This document shows, one piece after another, positions 45,309 to 56,100 of a stretch of DNA of 64,000 nt. The stretch spans positions 310,001 through 374,000 of the forward strand of contig CM035357.1 in NCBI GenBank assembly GCA_020137815.1, written 5' to 3'. The position numbers and the translations under genes are program-made. Under the pieces are notes generated by a model. The model was not told where the DNA came from and did no database searches. It saw only the letters and a program-made list of their open reading frames with translations. Positions within the stretch are counted from its first letter, which is position 1; the number at the start of each line of letters is the position of its first letter. This stretch comes from Hormiphora californensis (lineage: Eukaryota; Animalia; Ctenophora).

Positions 45309-47144
45309 TGACGCAGTTTTAACACGTTCTCATTTTAGAGGAACACTAAATTGCACAAGGACATTGAACCGGGGATCATATACATTGTGATACGTCATAA
45401 TGATGATGATGTTACATCTCATAACAAACAGTGTCACAATATATTTGCAACATGTCGTATACCCAATGTATCGGGTGGTGATTTTGAGATCCATGATGTT
45501 TTAAACAATATTATATTGGGTGGTAAGTGTGTTGTTATAACTAGCTGCTACATGTGTTCTCTGTTTACTACGTGGCTAATGTTCCAACATGATGTGCCTT
45601 GTTGAGTAAGGAATGAGACAAAGTGGATTATAATTGAATATGTTTTGGATTGAGCCAAGAGGTTTGCTATGTTCGAATCCTCCGAGGAGAGAGGGTCGAA
45701 CAAGGCTATATGTCCCGTTCAAAAAGTGTCCATATATACCAGGTGGTGCCATGATACGTGATACACCACCTGATATGGATGCTTTTTTAAATTTTTACGG
45801 GAGAGAGAAAGAGAGAGAGAGAGTGTGTGAGTGAGAGAAAGAGAGAGAGAGGGAGAGAGAGAGAGAGTGAGTGAGAGAAAGAGAGGGAGTGAGAGAGAGA
45901 AAGAGAGACGGAGAGAGATAGAGAGAGAGTTTTTGTGTTAGTTCGTCCTAAATGTGTGTTGCTCTCGTTTTTAGCTTCTCTGGTTTTTCTGCTCTTTCAT
46001 GAAACTATTAATTGAAAGAAAAGAAAAGCCTTTGATTCTCTTATTTTTTGCTAATTTTCGGGACCTCCCAATCTATATGATTCTCACAGCATCTAAAAAC
46101 ATAGTATAATCTATGTTTCACCTAGTTAGTTTTTGGTGTTTTTTGAGTTCCTATTACATCTTCTATCGAGGTTATCATTCTTTCACAACGTATCACTCTA
46201 AAAATGTTTTATCTAAAAAGTAGCTAAATCTTCATTGAAAACCAGATCTTGCATGAGCGGTAATTTTTGTTGGGAAAGTATTTTTGTTTTGAGTTTTCGA
46301 TCACAAGAATATATAATTTGCTGAACAGTTTTCAGAGGGGTGTATGCTGTTACTTTTTACTGTGAATAGAATTGTGAGGAGAGGAGAGGAGAAAGAGAGA
46401 TCGAGAGAGGGATCTAAAATACGAGTTCTGATTGAAAAAAGAGAGAAAATGATTTGAGAAATTAGACGTTTCAAAAGTTACTGAAATGTATTGTCAGGTA
46501 CTACTACTACTCTCTGAAAGAGGGAAGTAGTGCCTGACAAATTAGGAACTCTAATCCATTATCAGGTCCTCATTATTGTAGACCCTGGTTCATGATCATT
46601 TTATATCTGACTAATCGTCTATTATACGTCATGTTCGTCAGGTTCTTCAATATTGGGGACTTATACAGGGTGTCCCACTGTCTTTGTACCCCCTGTCTGA
46701 CGATGCAGACCCCGTCTTGATCATCATGACCAAAGCGAAACTATCGCGACATGTGCTCAGATCAGGTTGGTGCCGTCAGACAGGTTCAAAGACAGCAGTG
46801 GGTCACCCCAATAACTAACCTACTGCACTACATGAACCACCAGTGCAGTTCATATGATATTGTCAACATTGCGGCGGTGACACGTAAAAATGATGGCATA
46901 GCCATGAACGATTGGTATTATAATCAGAGATTTGGTTCCTTGGTACCTTGTACTTATAGTTCTAGTTACTAATAAGGTACCAATCGATTATTAACATTTG
47001 TGACTGAGTATGTTACCATGGTAACCTCTTAGTTACCATGGTAACTTGTTACCAGAGTAACTAGTTGCCAAAGAGCTGTTACATAAGAACCAAGGTAACA
47101 GCTGACAGTCCTAACATTTCTCTCTCGCACAACAACTAGCAACT

Positions 47145-47840
47145 TCATGAAATAATGATTGCTTCATTCACTGCCTGTTGGTCCAGCTTTAACTAGCTCC
47201 TTTAGAAGAATGGGTCCAGTTGAATCCAGGTAGATGGTAACCATGGTAACCAGGCAGATGGTTGCCATGGTGACCGTGATGACGTCATGTGGTGAGAGAG
47301 AGATGAGATAGGATCCACATTAATTAAATGTGTTTGAATTTCTTTATCGTGTGTGATCTGTATACAACTTTCTAACATCATTCAATTGTTATACCCACAC
47401 ACCAACATAGCGTGTTTTACTTTTTTGAAATTCCCACCTGTGCCATGGTAACCCCCTCCACTGTATGGTGTCATGGTGACCTAGCTCACACCCCCCGCCT
47501 CCCCAAGGGTTTTTTTGACTAATAATGAAGGTCCTTCATGAAATAATGCTTCATGTTTCATCCACTGCCGGTTATTGGCATGGTCTAGCTTGAACTAGCT
47601 CCTTCAGAAGAATGGGCATGGTGAAAGCTGAATCCAGGCAGCCATGGTAACCATGGTAACCACGTGTGGTAACCATGATGACGTCATGTGGTGAGAGAGA
47701 GATGAAATAGGATCCACATTAATTAAATGTGTTTGAAATTCTTTATCGTGTGTGATCTGTATGCAACTTTCTAACATCTTTCAATTGTTATACCCACACA
47801 CCAAGATAACGTGTTTTACTTTTGTGAAATTCCCTCCTGT
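47145..47840. repeat. Diverged tandem duplication, period about 400 bp
   Basis: GATGACGTCATGTGGTGAGAGAGAGATG...TTATACCCACACACCAA near 47278 and 47677. Confidence 0.85.
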
Positions 47841-48602
47841 GGCTAGTCCATCCCTCGGCCCCCTCAACCGCGGGGTTGCCATGGCGACCTCAACCACCCC
47901 ACCCAACCCAAATGTCCCCAAGGAGTTTTTGACTAATATATCTGAGCTGGCCCCTTAACCTCCTAAAGGCTCGAAATATATTTAGCACATCCTCCCCACC
48001 TGTTGATTTCCCCACCCCTAAATTTATATTCTAATTTACCGGCAATTCCAATGATTCCCTCTAGTGACCATGTGCATGATTTCAAGATTTGTCGAGGCAT
48101 GAGTTTGTAATTGCAACAGCTGCTGGCTGCAGCCGCCCGCCAACTAAATTGTGAAAGGTATGAACCCGGTATGATAGATCTCTCACCCCATTGCCACTAT
48201 CTCACTCCCTAGGACATCACCTCTGCTAATCGCCATCTAAATTCTAAAAGTTCTCCAACCAACGAATAATTATCTTCGCTTCAGCCATCTACATTCTACA
48301 TGTGTATTTACTCTTTACTGCATATTTGCATATATAGGTAGCACACTTATCCATGCGGTGAACACACCAGTGTGTACTAGTAGTAGTACTACTACACACC
48401 GTGTACTGTGTAGACTGTAGACTGTTAAAGTATTAGTAGTGGTGCATCACATGTAGACAGCAATGTATATAGTAGTAGAGTCGATAACTACATCGACCCC
48501 TCCCAATTGTTCCAGTTTTTATATATATAGTAGTTGTGAAGGTTCGTCTACGTCTTCTCGGTTCCTATCTCCACTGTCCAATACCCTCTGTCTAGTAGTA
48601 GC

Positions 48603-48663
48603 CTGTCTGGCGCCGCGACCCATCTGAGCGCACTGTCAAATGGGGTATGGAGCCGCCATACAG
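48603..48663. mobile_element. 61-bp micro-MITE (CTGTCTGGCG...CGCCATACAG), 8-bp TSD
   Basis: TSD GTAGTAGC on both sides; other copies at 55662-55726 and 58042-58098. Confidence 0.9.
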
Positions 48664-50380
48664 GTAGTAGCATACCTAAATGTTGCTTGGCGCATAAAAT
48701 ATGTGTTTTTATCAGGTCATGTGCAGCTGTGTCGTGAAACCTGAGTGTCCCTTATCTGACACTGTCTTATCTGACACACCCTTGCTGGGTGTGTTTGTTA
48801 ACAACTCAACAGGGTTGTGTGGTGTGTCGTAAGCTATAATCGCCGGCTACCCGCTGGTGCTTGTTGGTCAGAAATAGGATTTGTTTTCAGAATATGTGCA
48901 TCCGAGAGATTGCTGTGTCAATGCCACCCGTCCTATCATCTGAATCTCGTGCTCACCAACTCTCAGATTGATTGTTACTACAGACTGTATATAATACATT
49001 GTGTCCATTGTTATTTTGTACATGGTGTGTGTGTGTGTGTGTGTGTACACTAAAGAAAAGTACAAAAGCCAGCATAGCATGTAGTAGTACTGTGTAGTAG
49101 TAGGCTTCTATTGAATGCTAACTGAAACTAATTTTGCGAATTGCCTTGCTTTCGCTATGTGGTAGAGTAGCACAGCAACCCGTTCTCTGGTATTTTCAAA
49201 TATACCAGCCCCCCACCACCTGATCATCATTATCTCCCTAGTCTCTACTACTAGGTAGGTAGTAGGTAGTCTCTACGTTATAGTCTCTATATAGAGACTC
49301 TCTACTATAGTAAAATCTGATCCTGGCATCTTTCCAAACACATGTTGCCACTTGCTAGGCAGTAGAATAGTGTGCTGCCCCCTCCATCTTGTGTTTCATG
49401 TTTCAAGGGAGGGGCTCTTCAACGAAACTTGGTTATAAGTTAGAAACGTCATAATTCAGGATGTCAGATTTGTATCGTATGCACTATGCTGTTTAATAAA
49501 CGGTTTGTATAAATTTTATCGAATTAAAAGCTCTAGCAGGGTATAAAACTTGTTAAGCTGAAACTAAATACGTAACTTTTAAAACTCTAAAGTTATGTAA
49601 TCCCTTCCCCTTTTAACCTCGTAATTATAGTATAGAAGTTCTATATTACGATGATTCTATAATAGAAACCTTCAATCTTGTTACAATCGATTCCATACAA
49701 ATTATGTGCTGTCACATCTGACGTCTTGACAAGAGTAAAATTAGAATCCTAAATAATGCACATGAGGGTATTATTACCTCACCCCCTGATCCTGATAATG
49801 ATGTAATGGTGAAAATCTATAGGGAGAATAGTACCCCAAAACTGAATCTTAATTATGATCAATGATGTAATGCAGTGAATTGTTATAGAATTCTCTCTCG
49901 CTCTATCTGTATCCGTACTAATCTAATATACCTCTTTCAAACTCTATGACTATATCTCGTTTTCATTTAACCAACAAGTCATCCCCCCGCCCATTTGACA
50001 GGACAAAATTGAAAATGGCAGATAAACACTCGAGATATGTTCGACAGCCTTCCTCTTGTTCAACCCCCTCTCCTTCTTCAAATCAGGTCAGTCTACACAA
50101 TCATTTGGAAATACTCACAAGGAAATCTAGTAGCAGGCTCCTATTTACCCCCCCCCCCCTGGCCCCCTAACATAGCTCGTAGACTTAAGTCCATGTATTC
50201 ACGTCACATACACTGTTTGGATCAGAGAGTGATCGTGACCGTGTTTCACTTTATATCCTCCCACGGTGCACCAGTTAGTTCAACACTATATATCTTCCTC
50301 ACTTAGCAGTAGTAGTTTTTGCACTTTTAACCATTTAGTTGTAAGTTACAACTTGTACCTCTGCAAAACTAGCAGACAAC

Positions 50381-50403
50381 CTGTCAGGCTAGTGCTCTGA
50401 CAG
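50381..50403. mobile_element. 23-bp hairpin element CTGTCAG-N9-CTGACAG with 8-bp TSD
   Basis: CAGACAAC on both sides. Confidence 0.7.
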
Positions 50404-50879
50404 CAGACAACTGCACTTAACTAGTCACGACATTCTCCTAGTAGAGCACGGATCGCGACGTGAAGCAGTCGTCTCCTTATACAGAACGCAACCTAGAGAA
50501 TGTTGAATGTCGTGACCTGCCTTCTACTGGAGCACCTCCAGAATTGGCATTCCTGACATTCTTTCTCAACCTCAGACAACCATCTAACTATTCTGGGGGG
50601 AAGGGTTGTAACTCCTGGCATCTTTCTCAGAATATCAGCCCCATTTAGCTGCAGTAGAAGATGTTAAATTATTCTGGCATTACTAGAGGTCGGCTACCAG
50701 AATAGTTAGAGAGGTGTGTCGCGACCCTCCTTCCCGGGAGGTCCTCCTCTCATTATAAGTGAGGGACGAGGGATTGCCCATTGGTCAGAGCATTGGCCTG
50801 ACAGCGTCTCCTAGATAATGTCTCCTAGAGATCAATGTCGTGACTTGTCAATTCTTCTGGAGAACCTCCTGACATTCCT

Positions 50880-51415
50880 GCCTGGTTAATATAATACAAC
50901 CATCTAACTGGGGGGACTGGGGGGGGGGGACTGGGGCCCATGGGGGGACTGGGGACCTCAGCTGACATTCTGTCTGGTTAATAATACAACCATCTAACTG
51001 GGGGGACTGGGGGGGGGGGGACTGGGGCCCATGGGGGGACTGGGGCCCATGGGGGGACTGGGGACCTCAGCTGACATTCTGTCTGGTTAATAATACAACC
51101 ATCTAACTGGGGGGACTGGGGGGGGGGGACTGGGGCCCATGGGGGGGACTGGGGACCTCAGCTGACATTCTGTCTGGTTAATAATACAACCATCTAACTG
51201 GGGGGACTGGGGGGGGGGGACTGGGGCCCATGGGGGGACTGGGGCCCATGGGGGGACTGGGGACCTCAGCTGACATTCTGTCTGGTTAATAATACAACCA
51301 TCTAACTGGGGGGACTGGGGGGGGGGGGGACTGGGGCCCATGGGGGGGACTGGGGACCTCAGCTGACATTCTGTCTGGTTAATAATACAACCATCTAACT
51401 GGGGGACTGGGGGTT
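50880..51415. repeat. G-run-rich minisatellite, unit about 90-110 bp, 5-6 copies
   Basis: CAGCTGACATTCTGTCTGGTTAATAATACAACCATCTAACTGGGGGGACTGGGG...CCCATGGGGGGACTGGGGACCT. Confidence 0.95.
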
Positions 51416-51706
51416 TCTTCTGGCATCTTTCTCAGAATCTCCAGTTTCCTCAGTTCATCTCCAGTTTCCTTCCTGGGAGGTCCTCTTCCTCTCAAATTCA
51501 TTAGCTTGGCATGGTGATTAGTGGTGGAGCATTCAATGCCCACTAGCTACTATATAGATCGTGTAGTTCCATTCAACCATACAACTGAAAGAGACATCCT
51601 TACACAATCTGAGATCTCTCTTGGACCCGTAATTAATAGGTTGATGATATAATTAATAAACCAATGAAATACCTTTACTCATTAGACCTTAGAAGTGTGA
51701 CTGGAA

Positions 51707-51822
51707 CAGGAACCGACCGAATCAGGAAATACTGGTCCCTGGACCCTGATTGGCTAATAACTAGTCACGTGACCTAAACAACAAGCTCTGATTGGTTGTT
51801 TACTTGTTTCGGTCGGTTCCTG
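51707..51822. mobile_element. hAT-like MITE CAGGAACCGACCGAA...TTCGGTCGGTTCCTG
   Basis: 15-bp TIR; flanks GACTGGAA and GACTGAAA (8-bp TSD, one mismatch). Confidence 0.9.
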
Positions 51823-52328
51823 GACTGAAACTAGGAGATCGTGACTACAATGTCAAACCACCATCACTTCCCTACACTTGGATTGTCTGTCAGAGCATTG
51901 GCCCCCCATTGGCCTGAATGAACTTTCAACTATTTAGCTTGACATTTCAATCATTTAGTTTAAACTTTCAACCATTTAGTTTGAAAAACTGGAGGCTGAT
52001 GTGTCTGTCAGACCAATGTCCTGACAGACTAAGATATGAACTTTCAACCATATTTAGTTTGAAAAATTGGGATAAACACTGCACTGTCAGATCAATGTCC
52101 TGACAGACTGAGATATGAACTTTTAACCATTTAGTTTGAAAAACTTGGGGCAGATCTGTATCTGTCAGAGCATTGGGCAGATATCATGGTAACGTGCTGT
52201 CAGGCCAATGCTCTGACAGTAGTCACGCCACTTTCTAGTTTAATAGTTTAACAGTGATTAACTTTCAGATTGAGGATACGTAATTTGACAATTTGTATTA
52301 AATTGTCTCCATCATTCTCTCTATTTCC

Positions 52329-52360
<32 letters not shown>

Positions 52361-53176
52361 TTATCTCTCTTGCTGACTAAAGCACGATACATAATTCTTT
52401 GGATTACTACTTAGGTACTAGATTTAGTAACTAGTTAGTTGCTGTCAGTGGAACACGTCACGAAATTAATTAAATTCTCTCTGCATCTCTATACTAGTGC
52501 AGTTTAATACAAATTCTCTCTGCATCCTCTCTGCATCTCTAGCTAGTGCAGCTCCTGTCTGGTAGCGTCCCTATCTAGTAGCGTCCCTCTCTCTAGTCTC
52601 TCTGACTCTCTCTGACTCTAGTCTCTCCCTCTCTCCCTCTCCCTCTCTCTGTCTCTCTAGTTAAAATTTTTGACATTCCGCCACTCCCAGCTGGGGTTAA
52701 AGGGTTCTTGCTGCAGCACAGCTGCCATAACAGCCCGATCATAAATCTGTCAGAACAGAGCGGTATAGGGAGAGAGAGAGATAGGAAGTCGCGGAATATA
52801 TCTCTCTATCTTGTCCAGACTGAACTGATAAAGAGCACCAACCAAAGTGACAGATAAACTGTTAAGGCTGCATACATAAAGGAAGTTGAGCCCCAAGTTT
52901 AATTTCAACCTTGACCCAGCTCTAATTCTTTACCCAAACAGCTCAATTTACGAACAAGTCAACCCCTGCTGCACTTGTCCAACCCCCCCCCCAATTAAAT
53001 TCAAAGGGTATAGAGATTGCCCATCGGGCTTCTTAAGGCAGCGGATTACGGGGGCCCGAATAGATCGCCCGTGCTTTCTGTGTGGTGAAACGTAATGCGG
53101 AGATGAATGTTTCGGGCGATCTATTGATCGAGCCCCCTAATCCCCCGTCTTCTAATTCCTCCCCAACCTCACCACC

Positions 53177-56100
53177 ATGCAGGTAGAGGTGGATGGTGCA
53201 TATCCTGATATTACAGCTGACAGCTCAGTGATAAAACTCTACACCCAACAATTTCCAATTCCTGACCCTACTGCTGTTGTGTATATTCTCCACGGATTTG
53301 GGGAGCACAGTGACCGTTATGAGGGATTCAGTAGGATTCTTAACGGACAGGGGTTCAGTGTAGCAACACATGATCATATAGGTAGGTGATCAGTGGGGGG
53401 ATCAGTATTATAGGTGGGTAGCTGTACAGAGAATAACATATCTCTTGAGGGAAGCTGTCAGGCCAATGCTCTGACCACAGTTTTCGCGCTTTATCAAATC
53501 AAATCAAATATCTTTTGAGGGAAGAGATTCTCGACCTTATTATAGGTATAAAACGAATGTTTTATAAGTAGCTAACATTATATTTCTTTTATAAATTGAA
53601 ATAGAAATGTAGCCATTATAATATGTCTTCCCTCTAATTCTATATTTAAATACCCCTTTAAAATTTAAATACCCAGTACTCTACTACTTATCATGCCACT
53701 TTGTTTTTGGGGAGCGGTGGATTGAGGAAGGGGAATATGTCACCCAATAGTCAAGTACTGTCTCGGGGGTGGTCGAGTACTGTCTCCTCTAATGTTGAGT
53801 GGTGAGTTCACCCCCTCAATAAGTACTGTCTCCCCGCGCCAATACGGTTGTTGAGTGTTACTCAACAACAATACGTTCGATGAACTCCGTAAAATTTGAC
53901 AACTACCCTGTAGACTGTAGAGTGTAGAGTTCTTTCTAGGTAGTAATGCTGTTAAACTATATTAACAACATTACCAGGCCCCGCCACCGTCTCGTCAAGT
54001 TGTCATTATTCCCTCAATTACCGAGGGAGAGAGTAGTCGAGCCTCTACTCCCTAGTCTCTACTAGAGACAGGTTACTACCAAACCAGAGAGACAGAGAGT
54101 AGACAGAGAGTGTACTACCAAACCAGAGAGATGCAGGACTGATATTCTGAGAATACTTCGATGTCATTTACCTTTGAGAGACAACTATTTAACACTGCGG
54201 TCAGTACTGCGTTCATTGGTAATTGCCCAGACAGTTCGCTACCTATATTCCCAGGCGATGGAGAGAGGGGGGACAACTGGGGGGGGGGGGGCTTGTTAGT
54301 TGTTAATACCTCACCACCTTGGTGACATTGACACCTAGTGCGTGCGAGATCGAGCTCGCATGTGTGTGAGCTCAATCTCATGGTCGCGCACGGTGTCTAT
54401 GTCACCAACTCACCACCTACATAAGTGATAGTTTCTAGTTCCTGCAGGACACGACATGGGTGATGGACTGATGGAGAGAGGGTGTTTCTAATTCTAATTC
54501 TATTCCCCCAGGTCATGGTATGAGTGATGGAGAGAGGGTATTCATTGACAACTTTGAAACCTACATAACAGACAGCCTGGAGTTAATGAGGGAACAGCGG
54601 CAGTCTGATAAACCTTTCATTATCTTTGGACACAGCATGGGTGGATTAATTGCACTTCATTGCATGTTACGCGATCCAGAACTCTTCTCTGCAGGGATAC
54701 TGAGCTCCCCCTGTTTGAAGGTACATAGGGGGGCGGTTTAATTGCACTTCATTGTATGTTGCGGGACCCAGAACTGTTTTCAGCGGGGATACTTAGCTCC
54801 CCCTGTTTGAAGGTACATAGGGGGGGGGGGGTCTAATTGCACTTCATTGCATGTTACGTGATCCAGAACTCTTCTCCGCAGGGATACTCAGCTCCCCCTG
54901 TTTGAAGGTATTTAACCCGCTCCTTTACATTGGGGGGGGAGGGGGAGGGTCGAACAAGGCAAGGTACTTATTAGTTGTTCTAATCCTGATCCTTTCCTTT
55001 CGGGGGGGGGGGGGGGGGTGGAACTAGGTTAAATGATATAAAATCATACAAGGATAATGCACTTTCGATCGAAAGTGCATAGCTATAGCCATTATATTTT
55101 GTTAGGGCAAATTAGTGTCAATCATGTCTTATAGCTCATAGCGAGTACTCTTCCTCCCCTTGTTGAGTCTCACCCCTCTCACTCAACTCCCCTTGTTGAG
55201 TCTCACCCCTCTCACTCAACTCCCCTTAAAATCTAGAACAGTTCTTCCTAGATCAACCGCGGAAGTGGTAGGATGTCAATGCATCAGCCGGGCAATATAT
55301 TTCCCCTGCAATTTAAACGATTTATATATTTGACACTAAACAAATTAAATATCCTCGCTCTATACGATTTATATATTTGACACTAAACAAATTAAACATT
55401 CCCGTTCTATAATAGAGGTGTGGTATATACCAACTACCACTGCCACCCACCTACCCACTAGCATTTAGATATAGAGTCCGCCTACCATGGCAACTACCAC
55501 TGCCACATACCCACTATAGCATCCTTTCTCCGTGGGAGTCGTGGGGGTTCAAGATAAATGGTTCGGACGTAGATATAAACCATTTATCCTGAACACCCCC
55601 GCGAGGGATTCCCTCCGTGGGATTCACGTGGAGGATGGATCTATAGAAGATAATTGTTTAGCTGTCTGGCGCCGCGACCCATCTGATCGCACTGAGAATC
55701 AAATGGGCTATGGCGCCGCCATACAGTTGTTTAGCAAGGCGGGTGAGAGTGAAGAGTCACGTGATATGAGTGATATGAGTCAGAACGGGGAAAAGTGGCG
55801 CTATTCAATCAAACCTTTTCCACCCCTCACTCAACAACTCTTTAAGAAGAAGCTTCTAGAAATAGCTTCTCCACCCCTCACTCAACAACACAATAAGAAG
55901 AATATGTTTGGTGTTCCTCGGACCTATCTCGATATATTTCCTGTCATTGTTTGGACAGCTGCATTTAAAGCACCTCGCATATGGGAATGAACATATACGA
56001 CCGGCTCTTTATTTTTGATAGGCTGAAAACTTGATAGGTTGATAGGAGGTATATTATAGAGCTCTCATAAACAGATAGGAGCTGTGCGAAGTGCGTCACA

